Shown: positions 1 to 13,474 of the stretch, one piece after another
Numbering within the stretch: the first letter of the stretch is position 1
Layout: every line of letters begins with the position of its first letter
Origin: the human T2T-CHM13v2.0 reference genome, Homo sapiens
Reading direction: 5' to 3' (one strand)
Length of the DNA stretch: 64,000 nt
NCBI RefSeq assembly: GCF_009914755.1
Contig: NC_060931.1
The notes under the pieces: generated by a model
What the model saw: only the letters and a program-made list of their open reading frames with translations
Database searches by the model: none
What the model was told of the DNA's origin: nothing
Made by a program: the position numbers and the translations under genes

Positions 1-165
1 TAGCTATGTGCCTGTAATCCCAGCTACTCAGGAGGCTGAGGCAGGAGAATCGCTTGAACTTGGGAGGTGGAGATTGCAATCAGCCAAGATGGTGCCATTG
101 CACTCTGGCCTGAGCAACAGAGTGAGACTCCAACTCAAAAAAACAAAACAAAACAAAACAAAACA
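1..165 (+). mobile_element. Alu SINE, 3' (right) arm with (CAAAA)n tail, cut by window edge
   Basis: CCTGTAATCCCAGCTACTCAGGAGGCTGAGGCAGGAGAATCGCTTGAAC...GAGACTCC then an A-rich tail. Confidence 0.95.
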
Positions 166-418
166 CTTAAAAGGTACCTAACTTCAGAGACATCACTTAA
201 TATGTGTCCTAATTTTACAAATGAAGACATTGAAGCTTAGAGGTAGGAAGCATAATGGGGTTAAGACACATAGTCATGTGGCAGAACTGGAATGTGAACC
301 CACATTTGACCTCCTCTCTTAGGTAATCAATAATATCCAATAATCAATAAGTAATAGTGTTTGTTATTTCTGAGGCCCATGTGTAGCTTCAGACTTTTAA
401 TTTAAATTTTCTCATTCA

Positions 419-786
<368 letters not shown>

Positions 787-1759
787 TGAGCTGTGGTTCA
801 AAAGTTTGTTCATGGTTTACCGTACAGACATTAACCACTGCTCAATCATTTCTAAAAACATATATAAAGTTGATGCCAATTCACAATCACCAGAATTTAT
901 TTTTAATTGTCATACTAATTTGGTGATCAGACCCTCTTCTATGTCAGAAACAAAGGGCATATATGTGAGTTGACTGCAGCCTTCTGACAAGGAGCAATTT
1001 TCTTCTAAGTAAGTTACAACTAAATTCCCAGCCTTGGTCTGTACACCCATGATCTAACAACTTTTTTTGCCTTTCTCAACAGTGGCCAAGAAAATATATG
1101 CAATTCATAGTAATTCATGATTTGGGATTTTATTTCTATGTAAAATGGGATAATTTTTAAGGACCCTGAAGTCCTTTAAATCACAAATCACTTTAGGGTA
1201 GCAGTCTATTCCTGCCAGAATTCGTTTACTGGAATTACAAAGTAAATAACCGTGAAAAGAAGATGGAGGTGAAAATCAAGGTTGTAGAGAATTTGAGAGG
1301 GAAACAGAAAGGGAATCATACTGCTTGCTTTTAAAAAAAAAATGCACCAAAGCTTTCTTCATTCAAGCAGTTGGTTTTGTTCCCTAACTGGTCCCCCACA
1401 TATCTAAGTGCAATGAGTACATTCCCAACTCCTACTGCCAAGTTAAAATGAAAACGTTCTCAGTCTAGAAATGATTGAGGTGGTTTTCTTTAATCAAATT
1501 AGAGCAGCCAAATGTTCCTTTCAAAGGTAACTGTCTACTCTGCAGCTGTATGCAAACTACCACATCAAATGTGAGGGAAAAAATAGCGATAGAATTGTGT
1601 CCTTACAGTACAGAGCTAGCTGCAGAGATGGAGAAACAAAAGCATTTGTACAGTTAAGAATTACATTCACAGTGAGCTTCCAGAAATATGCTGACTTCAC
1701 AAACTGTGAACAATGTATTGAAACTTCCAGTACATAATTAGCTATTTTGGGGAGGGGAG

Positions 1760-2045
1760 GAACATGGGGGGAAATGCCCCCTTAAAAACGGCTAAGCAGC
1801 AATAGATACCTTGAGTCATTTACCCTCCCAACCAAAGTTTCTCAATGAGAAACATTAAAAGACTGGCTGAGACTTCATAGGAAAAAAAAGTCTCATAGAC
1901 CTTGCTTTTTCACTTCCTGTCTCCATCAAAAACACACCACAGTGAGTAAACTTGAGTATCCCGCAAGCTTCAATTAAGCTTGTAATGATTCATTTGCATG
2001 CAGAATTTATTCTTTTAAATAATCAGACATGGGAATTTCCTGCAA
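1760..2045. promoter_or_regulatory. Candidate lymphoid/myeloid intronic enhancer (AP-1, EICE, RUNX, octamer, NF-kB)
   Basis: TGAGTCA 1812-1818; TTTCACTTCC (=GGAAGTGAAA) 1908-1917; ACCACA 1936-1941; ATTTGCAT 1992-1999; GGGAATTTCC 2031-2040; all in apparently non-repeat sequence. Confidence 0.6.
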
Positions 2046-2798
2046 AGAATTAATTCATAGTGGGCTTATTTTTTCAGTTTGTTTCCCTTAAGAAAAATCA
2101 ATTGGCTAACATTCCCAATATGATGTCAAATTAGCTTTTCTATGTTACAATTTATATCAGCTGTTGGTTTCAGGGATGGTATATCAACAGTATGAAAACC
2201 TAGAAGATGACAATGAATTTATATAGCCAGGTGCAATCAGCAACAGAAGAATGAAACAATGTTCTTTCTTCAATTATGGATCCTCTCCAGATGGTTATAC
2301 TGTCCTCTAAATTAAGGAATGTGGAATAAATAGGGGAAAAGTATATCTCATGTGATCCCAATATTTCTCCAGAGCAGCTGTTCTTAAACTTTTTTGCTTC
2401 TGGTGAAATTAGCAGACAACTTCCTTGGTTCACATGCCCTTTGACATTACCCAAATTTAAGAACTGCTGCATAACAAAAACTTCCCGCAGGTAATAAGCA
2501 ATTCTTGGGCTGCAGCCCTTCTGCTCCCAACCAGGAAAGCAAACTGAATTGCAAAAAAAAAAAAAAAAAAAAAGACATTTTGATTATTCAAAAATTTATT
2601 TTAAGAAGTGTAATCAGACTTCCAGTTCAAAATGGTGGACCTATCACAAATATTTGCCTCCATTCTTTTTCAGTAAAAGAAATAAACCCATAATTACAAA
2701 AGGGCGTCCCACATACACAAAAAGGAGAGAATTTAGTAAATTTGCTGGGTGACTGAAAATAAACAGAAATAAGGTGATGGAAGAAGTCACCAAAGAGA

Positions 2799-3001
2799 TA
2801 GTAGTCTCCAAAGTGAAGAACATATAATCAGGAGATGTATTAAGAAAATATCTTCTATTTTTAGGTATTTTGTACCCCTTCATTTCAAAATCATTATTTT
2901 TATTAAATATATAATAATATATCTGTATATGTACATAATTTTTATAATTCAGTGAATATCAGTGACATGCTCAAATATTTTTACTAGAAGGGAGGCCACT
3001 G
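2799..3001. mobile_element. Degenerate hAT-Charlie-type non-autonomous DNA transposon
   Basis: Termini resemble CAGTGGTCTCCAAAGTG...GGCCACTG inverted ends; AT-rich interior. Confidence 0.35.
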
Positions 3002-3404
3002 CCCTAGAACAAGCCATGAGGGCACCGTGGAGGAAGCAGAAGCTGGACTACGAGTCAACAGGTGCAATGGAAAAAGGGAGGAAGAAGGGCAGCCATTTTC
3101 TTCCCACATTCAGGGGAGTCAACTAAATGTCTGTATATAGGGTAACTGCACCAGTTAGCATTCCTATTGCCATCCCTGTACCTAAGATCTTGGAGTAAAC
3201 CATTTCTTATTGTGACATTTGAGAGTTTTTCCACATCCTGACAGCCATTTTTCCCAGCCACCCAAAAGTAAAGCCTGTGAAGCATACTCCCATCCCAAGA
3301 TTCCTATGCCAAACAAGTCTCCCAAAAATTTTACTCAGAAATGAGAGCCAGCAGGGAGGAAAAGATCCTATTTAATAGTCTTACTAGCTAACCAGTCTTT
3401 ATAA

Positions 3405-6400
3405 AAACTAATGGACATACAAGGCAGTAAGGGAGCAAGAAGGTCCAGACTTCTTACCTGCCAGAAACAACTAGAAACTAGATAAACATATGAAACAACT
3501 GCTTTCAGATATTGGACTATAGGTAGTAGAGGACTGTGATCCCTGAGAGAGGGGAAGCAAATGAGGTGAGCCCTAGATTGCCCTAGCTTTCTGTTTGGAG
3601 GCAATTTCCAGACCACAGGTACAGGAAGGAGGAACCTCAGAGTTCTGTAAATTCTGTAGTCTTGCCCAGCTGGGTAGGCAGAGATCAGAGTTGAGAAGAC
3701 AAGGAGGCCAAAGTGGCTAAAATTTGGAAGACACAATACTGAAGAAGAGCTCCAGAAATCTACATGGGGTCTATTGAGTCCCTGGCTGAATATTAAGCTA
3801 CACATGTGGAACTGCATGAAGTCAAGAAAGGTCAGCTTCTGAGAAAAGATCACCAAGGAGTTGTAAGATGAATGATTCCAGAGCTCACAGAGGGCAGAAA
3901 ATGTTTCAAACTCCTTACCAGCCAAAGAAGAGAGACTACAAAAGAGTAATGTCTTAGTAGGGCTAAACTAGCCTGGAAGCAAAGCCTACATACACTAGAT
4001 CCTCTCCCCAACAACAAAAGAGACAAACTAAAAATAAGCCTTGGAAGTATAAAACTGAACCACACATAACTTTACTGCCTGCCAGAACAAAATCCAATTC
4101 TCTTTAAAGGAGTAGAACAAAATCCAGCAGTTGACAATGTCATAGTCACAATGTTTGGCATCCAGTAACACATTATTAGACATGCAGCCATACAGAACAT
4201 GACCCATAAGCAGGAGAAAAATCAGTCAATAGAAATAGACTCAGAAATGACAGAACTTATGGAATAGCAGACAAAGAAATTAAATAAACTATTATAAACA
4301 CTACAAAAATGCCCAAGGCCTTAAAGGAAAACATGGACACAGTGAGGAGAAAATTGGAAATATATAAATAAAAAATCAAATGGAACAAGTACCAAGATAA
4401 GCTATATGTTGGACCAAAGCAAGTGTTACTATCTTTAAAAAGTATTAGAATCATACAGAATTGTTCTCTGATCACAACAGAATTAGACAGAAAGAAATTA
4501 GAAAAATCCCTTACATGTTTGGAAATTTAAGAATCCATGGATTAAAGAATATATAACTAAAAATGGCTTAAAATAACCCAAATTGAATGAAAATTAAGCC
4601 ACAACATATTCAAATTTGTGGGAAGATGCATATATTTGAAGATCCAAGCTTCTATTTTAAGAAGCTAAAACTAAGAACAAATTAAACCCAATGTAAGTAG
4701 GAAAAGAAGATAAAAACAAAATAAGTATCAAGAGACCACAGACAAACAGAAGTGAAAATTAATGAAACAAAAAACTGGATTATCATCAATAAAACTGACA
4801 AAACTCTATCTGTATGTCAAGATAAAAAGAGGAAAATGCAAATTACCAATATCAGGAATAAAAGAGTGGACATCACTACATATTCTACAGACATTAAAAA
4901 AGATAAGGAGTTAAAGAATCTATACCAATAAACTACCACCCCCCCAAAAAAACCCTAGGATAGACAAATCCCTTGAAAAATACAAAATTATAAAAGGTGA
5001 TCTAACCTATAAGGTCTCATATCTATTAAGAAAATATAATTTGTAGTTAATAACCTACTCAAAAATAAATGCTAGGCCCAGATGACTTCATTAGTAAATT
5101 CTGTTAAATGTTTAAGAAAGAAAGAATGCCAATCCTACACAAAATCTTTCAGAAAATAGAAGAGGAAGAAACACTTCTTAACTCGTTTTATGAAGCCAGC
5201 ATTACCTCAGAACAAAAATCAGAGTTATTATAAAAAAAATTATAGGCCAATATCATTCATGAATATTCTTAACAAAATTTTAGCAATATATAAAAAGGCT
5301 ACATCATGACCAAGTAGGGTTTATCCCAGGAATGTGAGCTTGGTTTAACTTTCAAAATTCAATCAGTATAATTCACAGCACAATAACAGAGTTTTTAAAA
5401 AAATAATCAATTCAATTCTTCAGAAAAAACACTGACAAAATTCAGTACCCAATCATGAAAAACTCTCTAAGCAAACTAGGAATATAAGGGAACTTCATCA
5501 ATCTGATAAAGGACACCTAGGAAAACTTACAGCTAACATCATACTTTAGGGCAAAAGTCTGAATAGTTTTCTCCTTATTATTGGGAACAAGCCAAAAACA
5601 TCTGCTCTCACCACTTTTATTTGACATTTTTCTAGAGGTTCTAGCCAGGGCAAAAAAAGAAAGGAAAAGAAATAAAAGACATATATATATATAGGGGGGA
5701 AAGTACAACTGTCTATTCTCAGATGATGTGTCTGTGTATGTAAAAAAACTAAAATTTACAAAGAAGCTACCAGACTAATAAGGGAGTTTTTCAGATCACA
5801 AGACACAAGGTCACTATACAAAAAAGACTATAGCTCTCAATGACAAACACTTAAAAAGAAAAAACAATGCCTTTTACAATAACATCCAAAAACATTAAAT
5901 GCAAAGAGATAAATTTAATAAAATGCAAGCAAGGGCATTACACTAAAAGCTACAAAACTCTGATGAGAGAAATTAAAGACCTAAATAAATGAAGAGATAC
6001 ACCATGTTCGTGATCAGAAGTCAGTGTCAATATCTATGCCTTCGCCCTAATTAATAGAGATTAAATGCTATCCCAATAGGAGAATTTTTGTGTTAACTAA
6101 CAAGCTGACTCTAAAATTTATATGAAAATACAAAAGAAGAGCAACAACAATTTTGAAAAACAAGAACAAAGCTGGAAAATGTATACTACCTGATTAAGAC
6201 CTATACATTATAGTAATCAAAGTATGACATTGGCAAAAGGATAGATATATAGATCAATGCAAAAGAACAAAGAGTCTAAAAACAGGCCCAAATGTATATG
6301 CTCAACTAATGTTTAGCAAAGCTGCCAAGGTAATTCAAAATGAAGAAAGCAAAGTATTTTCAATAAATGGTGCGGAAATAGCTGGATATCCATACAGGAA

Positions 6401-7540
6401 AAATGAACCTGAACTCTTAGCTCAAGCCAAACACAAAGACTTGACTTGAATGCATCACAAATCTAAAATAAAAGCAAAAACTATAAAATTCTAGAAGAAA
6501 ACATAGGAAAAATCCTATATGCCCTGGAGGTAAACAAATATTTATTAGATAGGATACAAAAAAGCATAAGCTATCAAAGAAAAAAAAAGATGAATTGGAC
6601 TTAGGTTAAATTAAAATATTCTGTTTGACATAAAGCATTAAGGAAATGAAAAGGTAAGCCAAAGACCTGAAGAAAATATTTGTAATCCATGTAGCTGACA
6701 AAAGACTGCTCAAGAACTCTTACAATACAATAAGATAACTCAATTTTAAAAAACGGTCAATTTGAACAGAAACTTCCCAACAGAAGGTATCAGAATGGTC
6801 AATAGCCAAATGAAAAGATATTCAACAACATTAGTCATCAAGTAAATGCAAATTAAAATCACAATGTGTTATTAGTTCACACTCACTATAGAATGACTAA
6901 AAATAAAAAGATTGACAGTCCCAAGTGTTCAGGAGGGTGCAAATCAAATGGAACCTTTATACACTAGCACTGGAAATGGAACAACCAGTTTGGAGAAGTT
7001 TGACAATTTCTTAAAAATTAAATACACAATTGCCATACCAGTCAGCAATCTACCTGTAGGTATTTACCATACAAATGAAGCATATGTCATATCAATACAA
7101 AGACCTGTACACAAATATTCACAACAGCCTTATTTATAACAGCCCTAAACTGGAAACAACAGAAATGATCATCAGCAGGTGAATGAATAAACAAATTGTG
7201 GTAAATCCATATAATGGAAAATGAACTACTCAAACAGTCAACAACATAAATGAATCTCAAAAACACTATCAATGAAAGCCAGATATAATAGAACATAATA
7301 CTCTTTGATACTGTGTATATGAAACTCTAGAAAGGACAAATCTATAATGACAGAAAGAAGATTAGGTTGGCAGGGGTCCTGGTAGAGGGAGGAGATTCAC
7401 TGCAAAGGGCCCTGTGGGATAATGCGAGTATTTTAGATATTGATTGTGGTGGTGGTTAGTAGGTGAATAAATTTGTCGAAACTCATAAAAAGCACACACT
7501 TAAAATGGGTGTATTTTACTGTATAAAAATTATACCTTTA
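3405..7540 (+). mobile_element. Old LINE-1 (L1MC/L1MD-type): 5'UTR remnant, internally deleted ORF1/EN, degenerate ORF2 and 3'UTR; antisense to CDK6
   Basis: ORF2-type tracts (GGCCCAGATGACTTCA, GAAGCCAGCATTAC, CATGACCAAGTAGGGTTTATCCCAGGAATG, CAAATTAAAATCACAATG); L1M 3' end ACACTTAAAATGGGTGTATTTTACTGTATAAAAATTATACC; no long ORF. Confidence 0.85.
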
Positions 7541-7549
7541 GCTCGTTTT

Positions 7550-8965
7550 GACTTTAAAAAAGCCAAAGGATATTCAAAGATCACCAGGCATTTAAAAAAT
7601 TCAGCCACAGGAAAAACAAAAAAGTTAACCAAAAAAACTAAACACTGACAGAAACAGAGATAATGTGGAGGACTTTAAAAAAATTCACAGTAATTCAAAG
7701 AAATATTACAGAAAACCAGAGGAGGATGCTTTAAAAACCAACAAGTGGAGAACAAAAAATGATGTTTTGAAGTTAAAAATATTAATTACTGAGAGTAAAT
7801 TCAGTAGACATTTGGAAAATAATATAGAAGTTTCTTTAGAATACAAAGCAAAAACCAGAGAAAAGAGATGAATTAGAAAAAAGATTAAAAGAAGAGACAC
7901 AGAGATCCCAACTGCAAGATCAAATATCTGACTAACAGAAGAACCTTGTAAAGAGAATAGAACAAATGATGAAGAAGAAGCCATTAAAAAAAATAAAACG
8001 AAGCAAATCTGCACTTAGAAAGATTCCACAGAATGCCCAGCAAATTAAATGGTGGCGGGAAACCCACCATATGTAGACACATAGTATTTCTGGAGAACAC
8101 AGATTGTGATAAAGGCAAACATGGCAAGAAAAAATAAAAAGGCAATTAGAAACTCCAGGAAAAACAAAATGATACAAGAAAGTCATGGCCTGAATAAAAA
8201 GTACACGAAAATAGGGCATATTTTAAACAAGTGATGCAGAATAAGGAAAGAGAATCCAGATGTCTGTTTTTACAAAAGAAGGACTCCATCAGCTTCATAG
8301 GGTTATAATGTTGAACCTGGAGAGAAGGAAACATAAGGGCTGAATATTTGGCCTAGCACTGAACTCTCTCTATATAGTCAGAAGAATGTAAGCACTGTTT
8401 ACCAGTGTTCAACTTGCAAGGGTCAACCTTTAGAAAAGCAGGGAAGCCTCTGTTGCAGTACGGAACAGAATGCAAATAAACAATTTTAGCAAAGTAGCTG
8501 ATAGAAATTGTGATGTTAAAGGGAGAACATAAGTGGAAGAAAGGTTACGGGGATAAAATATTCTCCTCTTACTAAATGGAGAATCAAGAGATACTGCCCA
8601 AAGTGAAAGTATGAAAAATTGAAGTTTAGGGATATTATTTAAAATTATTATATGAAATAAAAATATCCCTATCTCACAGAAAGCGAAGGAAATACACAGT
8701 AATATTAACAAGGTAAGTCCTCATTTTTCAGAGTAGAAAGTCAATAGATATTACTGAAGTTTAAATATCAAGAACTAGAGCAACAGCATATTATCTAAAT
8801 TTATGGAGACCATAAACAGAAGCACCAAAAACAGACAGTGAAAAGAAGCTGTATCTGAGTACTGGGAATAGGAATAGCTGTATCTGAGAACTGGGGCAGG
8901 AGCTTTGCCTTTTTTATCATAAGCCCTTTCATACTATTTAGTATTAGTATTAATGTCATGATTAC
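7550..8965 (+). mobile_element. HAL1/L1ME-like degenerate element
   Basis: A-rich ORF1-like tract (7900-8050); HAL1-like 3' end GGGGCAGG...TTATCATAAGCCCTTTCATACTATTT. Confidence 0.5.
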
Positions 8966-8984
8966 AAAAAAGCTGGGGGTGGGG

Positions 8985-9484
8985 GGGTGGAAATTCTTTA
9001 ACATTCCTTCCATTAAGAGGTGGTGTATGTCTCTACCTCTTGAATCTCTGGGGCTTTGAACTCAAATATAAACAACAAAACGTGGCATAATTAACACTGC
9101 TTGTTCTCAGGGACACCAACTTTTAAAGCCATGAGCCAACATGTACATTCAACTATTCTGAAGCTTTGATGCTGAAAGGGAAGCCCAGGCCACCTGGTGT
9201 AGGTCAGTGTAGGTGCTCTGCTCAAAAACCTGAGTTCAGATCCCAGCCTTCGCCAACCAACTTGCATGAACCACCAGGCTTGAAAGTGAAGACGCCTAGA
9301 ATAATCAAACTACCAGTTTTTGAGTAATTTCCAGCTAATGTCCCAGACATCTTGGAACAGAGATATGCCATTCTCACTGTGCTCTGTCTGAATTCCCCAC
9401 CTGCTAAATTCATGAATATAAGATAATGGTTGTTTTAAGCCCCTACATGTTGGAGTAATTTACTACAAGCAATATTAACCAGAA
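8985..9484 (+). mobile_element. MaLR solo LTR (MLT1F/G/H-like)
   Basis: AAATTCTTTAACATTCCTTCCATTAAGAGGTGG start; AATGGTTGTTTTAAGCC...GCAATATTAACCAGA end. Confidence 0.7.
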
Positions 9485-10514
9485 AAATTGCTTTAATAGA
9501 AAAATGTAATTATTTTAAACAAAAAACTGCAAATAACTCTCCTCACCTGCAAACTTTGGTACTCTACTTTATTAACAACTTCCTTGAAACATATCTGACA
9601 ACTGACTGGGAACACCACAATTTTTTTTCTTTTCTATTCTATTACTCACTCCCTCTCTTCATTCCTTCTTTCCCTTTCTTTTCCTTAATTCTTTCATTAC
9701 TATATATATTGTATAAATTATGTTATATATATAATTAGTTTATTGCTATGTAATAATATATTAGTATTATCAGTGATGTCACAACCCATTACGTGATCAC
9801 AATCAGCTGTTCTAAGCAGAGGAGGAAGGTGCTTGGAATGGTAGCCCCAAACAGAAGTAATGGGACAAGGTTCATAATGGGACTGGCCACTTGGGCTTCA
9901 CTGCTTATAAAGGCAGTGATAGCCATTTATACAAGGCTCTTTAGGGGAATGCATGTCAATATTTTAATATGACATACATATTACATGGACATCCCTACTT
10001 GTAAGGACAGCTATGGCCATTAATATAAGGCTCTTTAGGGAAATATAAAATATGACTCTTTAGAAGTCATATTTTAATATAACTAATTTTACAGTAAAAC
10101 AAAAATGAGCAGTCACAGCCCAGAGAATCTTAAACCATGTTCACAAACTTCCATCAAAACATGTAAATTCAATCTGCAAAAACTGATATGATGATTTAAA
10201 ATATCACTAAAATATCAATATTATTGGCATAAAATTATGTTCGTAATTTAATGAAAACAGTAGTGGATGAATTAGCTTAGAAAGGGTATATCTCATTGTC
10301 CAATCTACTTGCCAATCATTACATTATTAAATAACTCCTAATTCCCAGGTCAGAATCCAATTTACTACCTATTAGAGACTACATAATTTTGAAGAGTTTT
10401 AAATGCAATACTGAGTGAATAGAAAAATAAAATATCTAATAAATTGTAGTGTTAATTTACATTTTTACTGTCAATAAAGTTGCTGTGAAAACAGTAATCT
10501 TGAGTCATGGCTTA

Positions 10515-10730
10515 ACTATTTATTCACTCAGTCATTTACTCAATTGATATTTACTAGGAACTGTTCTGGATGCTGGAGATAATGCGTGAGCAAAACAAAA
10601 ATTTTTGCCCTCAGGGAGCCTATATTCTAATGGGAAGCTGACATTCAACATTAATTCATACAACTATTCAACAGGTAATTGAGTGCTAGGCACACGGGGC
10701 AATGCAAAAATGATTAAAATAAGGTGCCCA
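10515..10730 (-). mobile_element. L2 LINE 3' fragments
   Basis: ATTCACTCAGTCATTTACTC...GTTCTGGATGCTGGAGATA...GCCCTCAGGGAGCCTATATTCTA. Confidence 0.6.
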
Positions 10731-11822
10731 AGAAAAAGCAGACAGCAATGCCATTTTATTTTTGCAGAATTGTAAGAATGATAATCTGAGTTTACTCGTT
10801 CCATAAGCACTGGTTTGAGGGTTTTCTAAATATGGCAGAATTTTCATCTACTTTCAGATCACCAGGTTTCAGAGTTTGAAGTTTATCAAGAAACTTCAGA
10901 TCTACTCACTATCCCAAGTTCTCTTACTGTTTTTTCTATTTTCTCTCTCATTGCTACCTTAACTTAGCTTATCTTCTACCACCGTCTTCCCTTCTTTTAA
11001 TGAGCATGTTGTCCTTTCAGATACATAAATACAACTCCAGACCATTTTCTATTTGCCTAATGATGGATTCACCTCTTACTTTTATCAACTAAAGTGAAAA
11101 AAAAAAAAACCAAACCTATACCATCTTTCCTAAACAAAGATGTTTCTCTTGACTCATCTCAAAAGTCTAGTTTTTCTAGGATTGGATTGGTACCACCGAG
11201 TCAGTCACATTCATACAGCTCTCCTTGAAATCAGTTCCATCACTTTGAGTCAGTCAATACTTGAGTAGTAATGTCTGTGAAACAGACTTCTTCCCTTCAC
11301 AAAACTTTAGCTGAGAACCAAGTGGCATCAGTTCTCATCTAATCAGCTAGAAGTTAAATAGCCACTGATTAAGTTTCATGGGCTTAAAATAATTTGTAAG
11401 AATTAGCAGAATGTTACCACTCTTCTTTTGAGTCTTAATATGTAAAAAAAAAAAAAAAGTCATTTCAAAGAAGCTATGTTCTCCCAGGTCAAGGGAACTT
11501 ACATAATTTGAATGTATTTCATTCATGATCAGCACTGGGAGTCCCTTCTAGCCCCAATCTCCAAACCTGTCTCTTGGTTTCTCAAGGTTCAACAAGAAAA
11601 TATCCCATTTTAACCCAAGATTATTTAATAACTTTTTAAAGTGATTCTACATGGTTGAAATGTATACTATATCAGCTAAAACTCCCAACTTGAAACGACT
11701 CAGACAGTCTCTTGGGTTCTTCTAAAAAGTTTTAAAATGTACTGGTCTGAGTAAACTAAACTTTTAAACTAAAGTTTAAAAGTCTACCCTTGAAATGCAA
11801 AGATGTCTTTTTTCAGAAAAAG

Positions 11823-11953
11823 TTTTTATTATTTGTAGAGACAGGGTCTCCCTATGTTGCCCAGTCTGGTCTCTAACTTCTAGGCTCAAGCAATCTTCCC
11901 ATCCTAGCCTTCCAAAGTGCTAGAATTACAGGTGTGAGCCACTGTGCCTGGCC
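11823..11953 (-). mobile_element. Alu left monomer (FLAM/AluJ fragment)
   Basis: GTAGAGACAGGGTCTCCCTATGTTGCCCAG...GTGAGCCACTGTGCCTGGCC. Confidence 0.9.
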
Positions 11954-13447
11954 TTCTTTTGTTTTTCTTGCTCTGCTGCTGGAAAGGTGTGAGAGTTAAT
12001 GTTCCTAACATTATACTTTGAACCTTCTAAAAATAAAAGTATTTTAGGATAAATGAATGTTTTTTTTTAATCATTAGGAACACCTACCACAGAAATTATG
12101 AGATTACTTTGCAATAAAAGGAAGCAAAGGAAAAAAAAAAAGCAAATTCACTAAAGATTAGTGCCCCTAAAAAAGAACTGCTTCATTGCTGTGAATAGAA
12201 CTCTTAACGATTTAAACAGAGGACACAGAACAAAATTTTAAATGTCATAAGTCAGTCACGCCATAGGAACAGCCTCAGAAAATAAACAAGCAGAAATTCC
12301 AAAGTATGACAAAAATGAATAATTCTCTTTGAGATTTTGAAATTAAAAAATAAATGAAAGAAAGAACAAGCAAAGAATCCAACTCCTCTTTGGGTTAATT
12401 TGAATAGTCAAATACAGAAGAAATCATCAAGCTCCCATCAGTTTTGACAATGTGTTCTCAGCAGCATTTGGTCCACAGATACTCTCACAATAAACCCATT
12501 AATAAACAGGAAAGACCACTGGGTAAACACGACACCAATATCCAATACCCAAATGAAATATTATATTTTACTTTAATTACTATAAACTCAATACACATCT
12601 TTTCAGAAGTACCTAGCTCCATTCATACTTTCACAACGTGAGGTGGAATGAAAGTGCTACCAATCAGTAATACAGATATCTGTGTACATGTCAGTTTCTT
12701 CCAGGAAATTATAAACTACTTGAAAGCAGGAATTCATTTTGTTAATAATACCTTATATTTGTATAATATTGGATCTTTGTATACATAATTTCATTTGATC
12801 AGAGTAAACCACTAAGGTCTAAAGAGCAGTAGTAATTTCTATTTTTATTGTGGGGATATGGCAGCCAAGAGACACGAGGAATTTACCCTAGGTTACTCAA
12901 CTATTAAATAATAAGCAGAGGAATCAGGATAAGAATCAGTTTTCTGACTCCTAGCCCACAAGCAGGAACATTTGAAAAACTTATTATGGAAAATTTCAAA
13001 CATATATAAATGCAGAGAGACTAGTACAATAAAACTCCACAGTTTCAACAGTGATCAACTCATAGTTCATTCTTATTGCATCTCTACCCCATTGTGAAAC
13101 AAATTGCAGACCACATACCATTTTTTGGGTAAACATTTCAATATGCACTTTTTGTGACTACTGCCTTAATCCCATTTAACAAAGCGTTGAATATAACAGA
13201 TACTCATAAATACTTGCTGAATGCCAGAGACCTCACCTGTATTTTCAGACATGATTACTCATTTCTAACTAAAAAAAATTAAATTCTGAATTTCTAAATG
13301 GCGCATATTCTGTCATTTAGAAATACTTATTCAGGGTTACAAGACACCAGACATCATGCTAAATGCTTGGGATACTGCAAGGAACAAGACAACACAGTCC
13401 CTTCTTTCAAGAATCTTGTACTCCACTGTTCTGCATGCACATGCGTG

Positions 13448-13474
13448 CACACACACACACACACACACACACAC
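13448..13474. repeat. (CA)n microsatellite, ~13 units
   Basis: Direct reading. Confidence 0.95.

Noticed and set aside
3368-8334. ORFs within L1/HAL1 sequence
   Set aside because: Fragmentary or antisense frames of decayed retroelements; no intact ORF1/ORF2
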